NCBI RefSeq assembly: GCF_001194135.2
Contig: NC_068991.1
Coordinates: forward strand, 7,085,615 to 7,149,614
Reading direction: 5' to 3'
Source of the DNA: Octopus bimaculoides
Taxonomy: Eukaryota
DNA length: 64,000 nucleotides
The notes beneath the pieces were generated by a model. The model did no database searches. It saw only the letters and a program-made list of their open reading frames with translations, and had not been told where the DNA came from. The position numbers were made by a program, and so were the translations under genes. Of this stretch, positions 1 through 13,568 are shown in pieces; within the stretch, counting starts at the first letter, position 1; every line of letters begins with the position of its first letter.

Positions 1-537
1 ATATATATATATATATATATATATAAATACAAGACACTTCCAAATGATTTCCGTCTACCAAATTCTCTCAAACAGCAACAGTTGGCCTGGAGCTACAGAA
101 GACACTTGCTCAAGGTATTGTGCAGTGGGACTGAACTCGAAACCACATGGTTGCAAAACAGGCTTATTAATTACACTGCTATGCCTGTGCCTATCCTTAG
201 GTGTGCATTTTACTAAATTGTAAAAATTTACAGAAAATTGGAAGGACAGAACCGAAGAAATGTAGAACAAATGCACAAATTTAGGCCCTGCTTATTAAGT
301 GAAAGACTATAGTGGTCAACCACCCAGATTATTATTCCCAATTATGGTTACCAAATTGTGCTAATCCTGCAACTGAATTGGAAGCAAGAGCAATCCAGTT
401 TTTGCCCTGCTGATACTACTGGGAGAGGTTGAAAGCTTTAAAACGCTCTCTCACTTTTTGACTTTTAGACATAATTAAGTTGTATAAAATGTTTCAATGA
501 ATTTAATTACCATGGCTTAAAGCAGAACTCTACTTAC

Positions 538-623
538 GCTTTTTAGTTCTTCACGCATTTTTGCAGCTTCTGCAGGATGGTTGAATCTGAACATATTGGT
601 TTTACCGAGCAGAATTACAGCTC
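538..623 (-). CDS. KIF16B: KIF16B exon 20
   Basis: (G)[28 protein letters not shown]; AG/GT flanks, 86 nt. Confidence 0.92.
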
Positions 624-3600
624 CTGTTTAAATTAAAGTGTAGTACATAGTTATACAGAAAAGAATTATATATTCAGTCCATGATAAAAATAAAAGAAAT
701 GGCACAATAACCTTAATCAGTCCTCTAATGATCAATAAATCAATCCAGCTGTGATGAGTGATACTGACCATTATAAATCGTACTTATGATATGAAGCTTT
801 GATATCAACATAAAAAAAAATGAAATACAGAAATAATATGCACATGCAAAAAATGGATGGTATGTCTTAAAGTATAACATTGGTATTTACTTTACTGACC
901 ACATTCATCATCATCATCGTCGTCGTTTAACGTCCGCTTTCCATGCTAGCATGGGTTGGACGATTTGACTGAGGACTGGCGAACTAGATGGCTACACCAG
1001 GCTCCAATCTGATCTGGCAGAGTTTCTACAGCTGGATGCCCTTCCTAGCGCCAACCACTGTGAGAGTGTAGTGGGTGCTTTTACGTGCCAGTCAGGCGGC
1101 ACTGGCGACGGCCACGCTCAAAATGGTGTATTTTACATGCCACCTGCACAGGAGCCAGTCCAGCGGCACTGGCAACGATTTTGCTCGAATGTCTTTTCAC
1201 GTGCCACTGGCACAAGTGCCAGGGAGGCGACATTGGTAATGATCAACAGCCACGCTCGGAATGGTGTATTTTATGTGTCACCTGCACAGGGGCCAGTCCA
1301 TCGGCACTGGCAAGAAAAATACATTTGACTAAATTTGACTGAATTTGGCAGTGGAATGGTAGAATAATTGACCATCCCAGACCTGGGCTCCTGAGTCTAA
1401 CTTTACCCTCCACCTAGGCTCCTGGGCCAGAAAATAAATAGCTGCATATCAAGCTCAAGAGTAAACAATTGCAGGCAAACTAATGGACAGAATCAGCTGC
1501 ATCTTCCATTTCTAAATATGGTGTTCATTATTGTTTTACCAAAAATCCAGCAGAGATGATGCTTAACCTATTTCTGCTATAGTGGGAATACAGCATGACA
1601 GGGCCAAGTTCAAAGTTGCGTGTGCATGTGTATGTTTGTGTGTTTTCTTTTTTTGCCTTATCTCGGCATTGCATGATAGTTATACATGAACGCCACTCTT
1701 ATACAAGCAGTGTCATTTGTTTCCAATATTCTGCAAAAATATATCTCGCTTTGGGGAAACAAAATATTACCTAGCTTGGAAGCAGGTGAGGGTTAGCAAC
1801 GGGAAGGGCATCTGGCCATAGAAAACCTGCCTCAATAAACTTTGTCCACTCCATACAAGCATGGAAAAGTGGATGTTAAAAGTAAAAAAAAAAAAAAATG
1901 ATGTACATTGTAAAAACTGTAACATACCTTGCGTGAGTTTAGCTGAACCTTGGATATTAGCACCATTGATGGTACACAGGGCATTGTTGATTGGGTAGAG
2001 AGTGACCACACTGTCATCATTTTCAATAACACAATGTTCTGATTGCACATCTACTCCAGCCAACACTAGAAAATATAAGGAGCCATTTAAATTTCCAAAC
2101 AAATCTTAATAATCAATTAATATGGAAAAAAAATATTGTTTGACCTCCCCACCTCCTCTACCCAAGCAAAACAGGTCGCTCTAAGAATGAGCATCATTTC
2201 TTTGATCAGGAGGAGAGTTTGATAGAAGTCAGTAAGTTCATTTGGTGTGGGGAGTCTAGAGTTTAACCGTTTAACATTCAGAATACTCTACCAAATGTAA
2301 AGCTTATTCATTCATTCATTGTTTTGAATAAAACATGCGTTATTTTGTAGCTTTGAGATTTCAATGATGTGATTGTTTATTATTTGAATGACATTGTAGG
2401 GTAGGTGTGAGAGGCCAAATCTGGTAGGTTTGAACATAAAACAGGTAGGATATTTGATTATTTGGGCTGGATATGACCAGTTTAAATGCTAAAGAGTTAA
2501 TGTTTCAGGGCCTTGCCCGTTGAGAGTGATAAAAGGTAGAAACAGTAGTATTGTTATTTAGATTGGGGAAAAAGCAACATTAAGTTCAGACCACTTATTC
2601 TAGATTGTTCCTGATTAACAAGCAAGCAGTGCTTTCTCAAGAAAGGGTTGCCTAGTCACTCCAGATCCTGCCAAATCTCTCCATTGGCATAATTTGGAGG
2701 GAAAAAAAAAAAGTTATCAATATCTCAGGCCACCTATGAACAAGTTTGAAATTATATATCGTGATAAAAATTAAAACAAAAAATATTACAGTAATAAAAA
2801 CTAAAGAGCTGTAATATATATTCACCAATATCTTGTTCAACTTCAGCATCACCTCTGCCAATAGTCGTCTTTCCAGCCTATAGGAATGAAGCAAGCAGGT
2901 TTTTTTTTTTACTTTTCTTCATACAACAATACATTATAAACGATCAGAGCAAATTAAATTTGTTTGAAAAATGGAGAAAATTCATGTCGATTGATGTATA
3001 AATGAATAAGCTTATGAAATGGTTTAGTGAATTTACTATCAGCACTTTAACAACTTAAGAATGAAATTATAAAAAGATGAAATGTTACCTTAAGATGATA
3101 AAGCATGATACCAGTGCTTAGGATGTCATCATCAATACCAATAAGATGTGGAAGTTCAGAATCAAGAACAACACCAAGGCCTTCCTTTCTCAGAGCAAGA
3201 GTTGTTTGTTCCTATCAAGCAATATAAAGAACATAATTTAGAATCAAATCATCTACTTGATGACATAAAAGACACACAGGCATATTCGACAAACTCCAGT
3301 TACAGTAGTGTATAGTCAGGAAAAACAAAAGTTTTTCAGTGCATTAAAGGTTATGGGAAGCCCAACTTTGCAATATAGCATCTGGAGTGATTTTCTTGAG
3401 ACATTTTTTAATAAAAGAAAAAGTGCATCTTATAAGCCATCATAAATGGTAAGGAACTATAATAAATAAAAAAAGTCATAATATTCATTAGAAACAATAA
3501 GTCAACAAATGATGCATTAATAAAAATAAAATTAATTTTGTCATGAAAACCTAAAATAGGCCAGAATAAAATTTAGTTTCACATCATCCACATTTTTCTA

Positions 3601-6600
3601 ATCGTTTATTCATTTGCAACTCTTTAAGCTAAACATTAACTGCATCAATCTCAAAAGACCAAAGAATATATGGTTTTATATATATCTATATATATACCAT
3701 CATCATTCTTTAACATCCATTTTCCATGCTGGCATGAGCTGGACACCTGGCAATATATATATATATATATATATATAAAACACAAGTTAGATAAGTTATC
3801 AAAATTACTATGTCATAACAGAAATGTTCAACTCACCTGAAGTATACAGGCTGTTTCTTTCCATTTACCTGCCCATTCATCAGTTAGAACTTTCACCTGT
3901 CAAAGGTAAATGAAAAAATAAATAAATAAATGAAACAAATCAAATTCAGACATGTAATTTTGAGCAGGGAATTATTAAAATTAGAGAGCTTTCAGTCCTT
4001 AATATTCAGTATTTAGTGATGGATTGGTAGGACTGGAAGGATGGTAGACAAAAAGGGTTTACAGTATGTAGTGGTGCCTCTTTAGATTTTGAACTCAAAA
4101 GGTGCGAGGGTCAACTTGATCTTTAATCCTTTCTGAGATGATAAAGTATCAGTAATAAACTGGTAACAAGCTGGTAGAATCATTACCACATTGGACAAAA
4201 TGCTTAGCAGTATTTCTTCCAGCTCTTTATGTTCTGAGTTCAAATCCCACTGAGGACAACTTTGCTTGTCATCCTTTTGGGGTTAACAGTGAAGTACTGG
4301 CGGCAAGGTGGAGGTGTGTGGTTTAGTCATTAGGGTGTTGAACTTGTAAGATTGTGGTTTCCATTCCTGAATTGGGAAACGTGTCGTGTTCTTGAGCAAA
4401 ACACTTCATTTCATGTGGCCCCAGTCCACTCGGCTGGCAAAAATGAGTAATCCTGTGACAGACCAGCGTCTTGTCCATGTGGGGAATTTATATGCCAAGG
4501 GAACCAGGAAACCAGCCCTTATGAGGCGGTATGACTTGGGAAGGTAACTTGATCTTTTTTTTTGTTTTGTTTTTAAAGATGGCAAGCTGCTAGAATTGTT
4601 ATTGTGCCAGAAAAAATGCTTAGTGGCATTTCTTCCAAGTTTACATTCTGAGTTCAAATGCTGCTGGAGTTGACTTTGCCTTTCATCCTGTCGGGGAATG
4701 ATAAAATAAGTTCTGGGGTGAGTGTAATCAAACTACCCACTCCCCTGAAATTGTTGGCTTGTGCTAAAATTTGAAACCAATATTACCATACTTAAAAAGG
4801 GAGAAAACACAGTAAGTATGCAATGATTCTGCAAAGAATTCACATATTTCTCTGAAAGTAATTAGAAAACTTACCCTTGCTTCATTTTCATGGAGTTTCT
4901 CCTGTACTTTTGGTGTCGTGATGTTATCCTTAAACAGAAGATATTTTGGATGGGTTAATTCTAATGTAATCAAATTCATTACAAAATATTTAATAATGTT
5001 CTTATTCTACATCATGTTCTAAAACAAATCTACTTAGACCAATTCAACTTGTTCAGCTCAGTTCAAATTGTTTAGCTCAGTTCAACTTGCTTAGAGCTCA
5101 TATCAACTTGCTTAGAGCTCAACTGGGACAATGGCTAATTATCCAACCATCTCGTTCTTGCTCTACCGCTAAATCTCCTGCCAGTTGGCTCGGCTTGAAG
5201 AATGTCTTGTGATTCTTTCCTGCAACATTCTAATCACATGGGTGTAGTATTGTAGCTGTGACCTCTCAATATGGAAATGTAGTGACTTGACCTGGGGCGA
5301 CTCCCTGATCTCCATACTGTGCACACTGTTAAATAACGTTAACCCAGAGATGTTTTGGATAAACCCTATTTCTGCTATATGTATTCATGATTGTATGCTT
5401 TTATAAAATGAAATTACATTTTAGATAAGCCAAAAAAAAAAAACCCATTAAGATAAATGAACATTGAAGAAAATGACAACATTTACCAGAAATTAAAAGA
5501 AACTACAAACTTCAATAAAAATATTAGCAAATGGAGAAATAATTGGAGAAACCTATTGGTTTCATTACTTACAATATTTCCACCCAGCATTGCACGGAGA
5601 CGAGCAATTTCAGCACGGAGTTCTCTAATCAGACGAACATTAGGATCCTGGAAAACAGAGAAAGTATATCTCTTGAGAATGCTTAATCTATAATAAATAA
5701 ACTAGTAAAACAGTATTTAGTATAATCCCTACTAATGTCTCTAAAAACAAAGTGAGTATAGTTTGTACAGAAATAGCTGTATTTTTCAGCTGCCATGAAA
5801 AGAATATTTAAAAGGAAAACAATTTAAACTATTTCAATGATGACAACAAAGAACAATGTTTTCTGATTTAGGCACAAGGTTAGAAATTTTGAGTGGGAGG
5901 GTTTAATTAACTTGACTGGTATTTTATTTTATTTTACTGACCCCCAGAAGGAAGAAAGGTAAAGCTGACCTCAGTAGGATTTGAACTTGGAATATAAAGA
6001 GTCAGAATAAATAATATATGCCCTTCCTGTTACAAACTCTCTTTCACCTAAATTACACAAAAATGAAATTAACACTGACATCTCATTTTAACAGATATAT
6101 TTACCAAAATTACATAAAAATATCTACAGCTGGATGCCCAACCACTACGAGAGTGTAGTGGGTGCTTTTTACATGCCACTGGCATGGAAGCCAGTCAGGC
6201 GGCACTGGCATCAGCCACGTTTGGATGGTGCTTTTTACATGCTACTGGCACAGGAGCTAATTAGGGGGGGGGCTGGCAAGTCTGGGCAGGGATAATTACA
6301 TATAATTATTAATTGTGAAATTCTTTTTAAAAGGATGTAATAATATTCTAACCTCGTTTATTGTTGGTCTGTTAATTATGTTCTTTGCTCTGTTTGCATA
6401 TCGTAAGGTACTCAATGTTTCACCATAGTTAACGTCTGCTGGAGATATCGCTGTAAAAAGAAATCAAAGGTTTATTTATGCCAGTGGGAAAACCTCATAA
6501 CAAATTCTGATGAATGTTTTCTTGAAATGATCTGAATTTAAATTTCTGTCATATTGAAGTGTAAAAGACAAAAAAATGTCATGATTTTGTAAACTAGGAA

Positions 6601-7262
6601 ATCCTTAATAGCTCACTGGAACTTTCAGTGTGACCCTAAGACTCTCAATCCTATTTAGTGGCCAGTAGATAAAATGTCTGTTCCCCACAGCTGTCCATTT
6701 AAAGATGTGGAAGCTCAAATAGCCTGCTTCATCACCTGACATCACTTCATCTCTTTCTTCTGGTGCATCAACAACTAGCATCCCCTTTCACTTCCAGTCC
6801 ATCATCTGCTCTGCCACAAATATAAATGTTGAAGTAATATTACTTACTTGCAACCATTATGGTTCTTGAATTGCCACCAAGACTGTCTTTTAAAAGCCAA
6901 GTCAAAACGGAGTTCCGATATGGAATGAAAATACTTTTTACTTTCTTTTCAGACATCTCAGCTGTAATGAAATAAGAAATGAATATTAATCAGTTAATTG
7001 TAAGTATGAAGACTGCACTTTTACCACCAATATTATAGAATCTCTGGAAAAATTGTCTTCTACTATAGGATCAATGAAAGCGTTGTAAGTTGATTTATTA
7101 GATGAAAACTGAAAGAAGCCCATCATCACCATCATCATCATCATTTAACATGTTGAACAGTTTGACAAGGAGCTGGCAAGGCCAGTAGCTGCACCAGGTT
7201 CAATAATTGTCTGTTTTGGCATGGTTTTTATGGCTGGATGCCCTTTCTTACATCAAAGTACA

Positions 7263-7293
<31 letters not shown>

Positions 7294-10200
7294 CTCCTTG
7301 TTTTGATATTGTTAGATTGTTGTAAATAAATGGCATTCATTTCCAATATTCTGTAGAAGTTACATGTCAAGTTACGAGGAATTATTATCTTCCTCAGAAA
7401 CCAGTAAGGGTTTGGTGACAGGAAGAGCATCCAACCAGAGAAAGTCTGCCTCAGTAAATTCTGTCCAACCCATGCAAGCATGGAAAAGTGGACATTCAGA
7501 GGATGATGATGATGATGATGATTCAATAGTGTTGAAGTTGTCATTTAGAGGAAACCTACCTAAAACTGATATTACGTTACCAAGTGTAACCAATGACTTG
7601 TTGATACTGGCTCCTTCCTTAAGTCGTTGTCCAGTTGCTCCAGTAGCATCAGCCCGTTCACTTGAAAAAGAAAACTGATTTTTAGCACAAAAAGGAATAA
7701 TTGAATAAAGAAATAATATAGGATGTCATCAGTAAAATTTAATTTAATAGACTGGATGCAAACAACAATGCCTCAGCAGCAAAGAAGCCAACTATTCAGA
7801 TCACTGTCAAATGTAACACTTACGCAGTCACATCGTTTAAAATTAATCATGCATTATTACAAAGCTTTGTGATTTCGATGATGTGATTATTACCTCTGCC
7901 TTAGCGAAGGCAGAGGTATTGTTTTCAGTTGTGTTTGTTTGTTTGTCTTTGGACAAAACATCTCAAGAACTGCTGGATGGATTCGGATGAAACTTTCAAG
8001 GATGTTTGGCCTCATGACTGGCATGAACTGAGTAGATTTTGGGATTGATCCAGTACCGGACAAGGATTCTGGATTATTTTTCCGGTTTCTTTACTTAATT
8101 TTTGAGAGTGGTCGGGTTCATTATTAGTATTCTCGTTTGTGAGAGCAGTCAAGTTTATTTCAGATATTCTCATTTTAAAAATCATCTCTGCCTAATCGTT
8201 GAAAGGACATTGGTGTTGCCTTGGCGAAGGCTTGCACTCTCTGAGTGCTCTTGTTTATTTTTAAAATGACAATGAATGGTAGGTGTAAAAGGTCAAAGGT
8301 GTGACCAGTGTGAAGATAAAACAGGTAGATTATTTCAGGTGGATATGGCCAGTTTAAATGCTAAAGGGTTAAATGACTAACAAAAAGAATCATGAATGAT
8401 AGAATAAATCTATTTATTATAAATGAAATTAAAGGCAATCCTACCTTCCAGCTAAATCAACTAAATGAATTTTGCTGTGGATCTCACTTGGCATATCTTT
8501 CACAAACTTGGCCTAAAATAGAGCAGAGAGAAATATACTTTTATAAATATGTGTGGGGCTAAAAAATTATTTTAAATAGTAAAAAACTAATGGTGATGAT
8601 CATTTAATGTCTATTTTCTGTGCTGACATGAGTGGAATGGTTTGGCAGAAGCTGGCAAGCCAGAGAGCTGCACCAAGCTCCAATTGTCTGTTTTGGCAAG
8701 CTCTCTATGGCTGGATGCCCTGTGCCTGGTAGAAATCACTGATTTGTTAAAATTGTTGATGAAAAATAAGCATATTAAATAAACGGGGGAAAAAAAAGCA
8801 AACAAATTTATCTGACCCAATACAATCAGCTACTCAGTCCAGAAATTGAACCCAGCAAATACTAGTCCACGTACCTTCACAACGTCAAGATATTAAGAAA
8901 TAATAAAAGAAAATACTCTAACCTGAGTGAAAAGTATGGTAAATATAGCATGGGATCGACTGCTAACATCATTCATATTGGTGGCCGCTGTTGTCCTAAT
9001 AACAAATATTTATGTGTTTAATAAAATTGCATACAAAAATTTCATAGACAACATTTTTATGTTTTGTTATTAGTTTTTAAAATAAAATCGTTTGCATAGT
9101 ATTTTTAAAAGATATTTATATTCAAGATTTATATAACTTTGACTATGCAGTCATAATATTTGCATCTTCTAAACAGCAGAGTAATGGAAGCTAATAGTAG
9201 GTGAATATAACTTAGAAGTGTGCTTAATTAGTAGCCCTAATCATATTGCATCTTTCCTCATTTATCATAGGGATTTGGTTCTCATAAAACACAGTGTTAA
9301 ATGAATCAGTGATAGATGAATCATCTTCACATACTTTGTAAATGGAACAACAGGTAAAGTCATTGATACCAAACTCACAACACACAGCATGTGAAGCTTT
9401 CACCTTCACATATTTTCTTGATTATCATTCATCATCATCATTTAACGTTTGCTTTCCATACTGGCATAGGTTGGATGGTTTGACTGAAAACTGATAAGCT
9501 AGGGAGCTGCACCAGGTTCCAATCTGATTTGACATGGTTTCTACAGCTGGATGCCCATCCTAATGCCAACCACTTTACAGAGTGTACTGGGTGCTTTTTA
9601 CATAGCACTGGCACAGGTGTTTTTTATATGGCACCATCACCAGTGCTTTTTACATGGCACCAGCATCCAAAATAATAATATTAAACTAATATCAAATTAA
9701 TTTATAATGAGAGAAAAATCATTCAACCAACTTTAATAAGTGTATTTAGTGTAGTGCTGTGCTTGAATGTAATATACTTTTCTAAATTCAAGAAAACTAA
9801 TAACACATTGGAATCAATTGACAAATGATTTTATCATTTTACAGAGAAACTGAAATGCATTTTACCTGTTAATATTACCATAATCCATCAGACTCTTAAT
9901 GTCATCATAGTTATGTACATAATGTTTTGATAACTCTGAAATACAAGAATAAGCGATTCATTGCAAAATCTACCTGATGTGAGTAAGTATTGTTATACAT
10001 TCTTATTTATAGGTTGGTTAACTTTCTTCTTTTTTACTTCAGTTCATTCAAAGTACAATATATATATATATATATATATATANNNNNNNNNNNNNNNNNN
10101 NNNNNNNNNNNNNNNNNNNNNNNNNNNNNNNNNNNNNNNNNNNNNNNNNNNNNNNNNNNNNNNNNNNNNNNNNNNNNNNNNNNNNNNNNNNNNNNNNNNN

Positions 10201-10438
10201 NNNNNNNNNNNNNNNNNNNNNNNNNNNNNNNNNNNNNNNNNNNNNNNNNNNNNNNNNNNNNNNNNNNNNNNNNNNNNNNNNNNNNNNNNNNNNNNNNNNN
10301 NNNNNNNNNNNNNNNNNNNNNNNNNNNNNNNNNNNNNNNNNNNNNNNNNNNNNNNNNNNNNNNNNNNNNNNNNNNNNNNNNNNNNNNNNNNNNNNNNNNN
10401 NNNNNNNNNNNNNNNNNNNNNNNNNNNNNNNNNNNNNN

Positions 10439-10476
<38 letters not shown>

Positions 10477-13400
10477 ATACACACATGCACGCTTGCCTTC
10501 CACACAGTTTCTGTCTATCAAATTTACTTACAAGACATTGGTCAGCCCAGGACTATAGTGGAAGACACTTTCCCAAGGTGCTGTACAGTGAGACTGAACT
10601 CAAGACCACAAGGCTGAGAAGCAAACTGCTTAACCAAAAGACAAAGTTGATATTTTTTTAACTAAAAGAGAAGGAGGCTTTCACCACCTTTAATCTAAGG
10701 ACCATTTTAATTCTAGAAAGTCTCTTCTTTTAGCTACAGAGTTAGTTAAAGAGACCAAAGATCTCATTACCTTGAACATAAGGACCGTCTTTGGGATGTT
10801 CTCGAACACGAAGCGTATGGAGGCCTTTATCATCAGCATGAGTTTTCTGCAGCAAATCTCGAACTTTTTCGTTGTAAATTTCTAAAAAGCTGAGAATGAG
10901 AAGTAGTTTCCAAAATATAATTAAACTCTTTCTCGTTAAAAAATTTTTTATACATTAAAAAACTTTGCAACTAATTTATGCATCACCTTTTAGTAAAGTA
11001 AAAAAATTACACTTATAAATGCAAACAAGAATGATTGAATATTACAGAGAGAGAGAGAGAGAGCAATTGTCATATGTATGTAGGTGCCTCCTTGTCTTGA
11101 CATCACATGATTGCTGTAAATGAATGTCACTCAGTTCAAATATTCTGCTAAAAGTGTTTGGCCATGGGAAAATATTACCTTGCTTGGAAATAGGTAAGGG
11201 TTGGCAACAGGAAGGGCCTGGATCAGATGGAATTTGTTGAGGCAGATTTTCTCATGGCCCTTCCTGTTGCCAATTCTCACCTGTTTCCAAGCAAGATAAT
11301 GCTTTCTCATGCCCAGACTTGTTTTGCACAGAACACTGGAAACAAACAACACTTCTTGTATAACAGTGATTCTCATTTACAACCATCATGTAATATCAAG
11401 ACAACACAAATACACACACACTCACTCACATGCACACACACACACACACACAAATGATGGGCATCTTTCATTTTCATTTCAGAGCTACAGAAGAAAACAT
11501 TTACCCAAGGTGCCACACAGTGGGATAGATCTTGAGACCATATGGTTGGAAAGTATTCTTCTTAACCACATGGTCATACCTGCAACTATACAGAATATTA
11601 ATCTCTGCCCTCTGCCTCTCCTATCAACCTGACAACACACAGAAAAGAACAATACCAAATCAATTATACCAACAGTTGATCGTTCTCTCATGTTACACTT
11701 ACCTGACTTCTGTTCGATAACTTGAATTACCATCAACCATCCTAGAAAATAGTTCCTGCAGAGAAACCAAACACAAAATATTCATCATCCAACAATAACA
11801 AGAAATTTTGAAATGGGATGAAATATTACTATAATCATCATCATTGTCATTGTTTAACATCCACTTTCCATGCTGCCATGGTTTGACCGAGAACTGGCAA
11901 GATGGGAGGCTGCAGCAGGCTCCAATCTGATTTGGCATGATTTCTACAACTGGATGCCCTTCCTAATGCCAACCACTCTGAGAGTGTAGTGGGCACCTTT
12001 TACATTCCACCAGCATAGGAGCCAATCAGGCGGCACTGGCATTGGCTATGTTCAAACAGTACTGTTTATGTGCCACCGGCATGGGTACCAGTCAGGGGGC
12101 ACTGGCATCGTCTATGCTCAAATGGTGCTTTTTTCATGCCACCGGCACAGCTGCCGATCAGGCAGTACTGGCATCGGCCACGCTCGAAGTGGGTATATGA
12201 AGTTTAAATAGTTAAAAGATAAAAAATATAGGCACTGGTGTGGCCACACCCATAAAAACTTGCCTGGAGTGGGCTGCCCTCATCGTCCCCAACACCTTAG
12301 TTCTGCTACTGTGACACACAACTGAACAGATATTTTCTACTTCTATTTTTACTTATTTTAGCAACATCAACTAAAAAGTATCATTACAAACATATAGCTC
12401 TACCGTGCATATTATTATACAAAAAAACCCAGTGATAACAATAACAGAAATTGCTAACAATAATTAATGTTACTGTTGATGATGGATAAATATAGAATAA
12501 TTATGAAAAGAGATAGAGCTTCAAACAATACTCACCTTACATATCCTTGGTATCAGCCCATGGTCATCCTGGTCATAAAATAATTAAAAGTACAAGTTAT
12601 TGAATGATATAGAAGGAAAATATAATTATATTTCTTTATAATTAACAACAAACTTCAGGTCATTTGGGGCAAGTGTTTTCCTTTTACCACAGATTCCTAC
12701 TGACCAATATCTTGAGAGTAACAAGAAACTGTGGATCTATTCCAACTCAATCACAGATTTTTAAAATTAATATTTTTAACTAAACAGTTTGAAACTTCGA
12801 ATACTGGTATAATTTCTCACATAGAACACAGTTTACTCTGAACGTTTTTGACAAAATTTGATATTTTGGAAGCTATTTCGTGTTAAAGTTTTGTCGTGTC
12901 TAATAAAGACTTTTTTGTTGACAGAAAGTGGCATACACACTCATTACCCACTTTTGTCGCTGATCTCATTGCTTATTTACATCTGACATCTCAATACGAA
13001 ATGTTGTAGCAAAAACTAGTGCTGACTGTAAGTTCTATAGGATATCTGTAGAAAAAACCTTAACAAGAATGATGATGATTGACTCACCTGGTTTCCCATC
13101 ATCGTGTAACTCTTACCAGAACCAGTCTGACCATAAGCAAATACACAGGCATTGTAGCCATCATATGCTGATCGGACTACATCAAGACCAAGTGACTGGA
13201 AAACCTTAAAGAAAGAACAACAGATTTAATAAACAAACAATGGAAATATTATCTGAACTTGACAATAGCATAAAATAGACGGATCTGTCTATGCTGTTCT
13301 CCATACATACAGGCATGTCTTCTGCAGGTGCTGGTGCCACATAAAATGCACTCATACCGGTACTGCATGAACACATCCATGCCAGTGGCACATAGAAAAC

Positions 13401-13528
13401 ACCCAGCACACTCTGTAAAGTGGTTGGCATTAGGAAGGGCATCGAGCTGTAGAAACCATGCCACAATAGACAGTTGGAATCTGGCCAGCTCCTGTTAAAC
13501 CATCCAACCTATGCCAGCATGGAAAACA

Positions 13529-13568
<40 letters not shown>

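Noticed and set aside
1071-1342. Recurrent short ORFs such as MGAF...[11 protein letters not shown] (also 13430-13822, 43706-43942)
   Set aside because: All fall within SINE family B copies and are not conserved in frame between copies.
9961-10661. Long ORFs of 150-290 aa here and at 38141-38766, 55713-55960, 58390-59272, 59351-59692
   Set aside because: They consist mostly of X from N gaps and (TA)n microsatellites.
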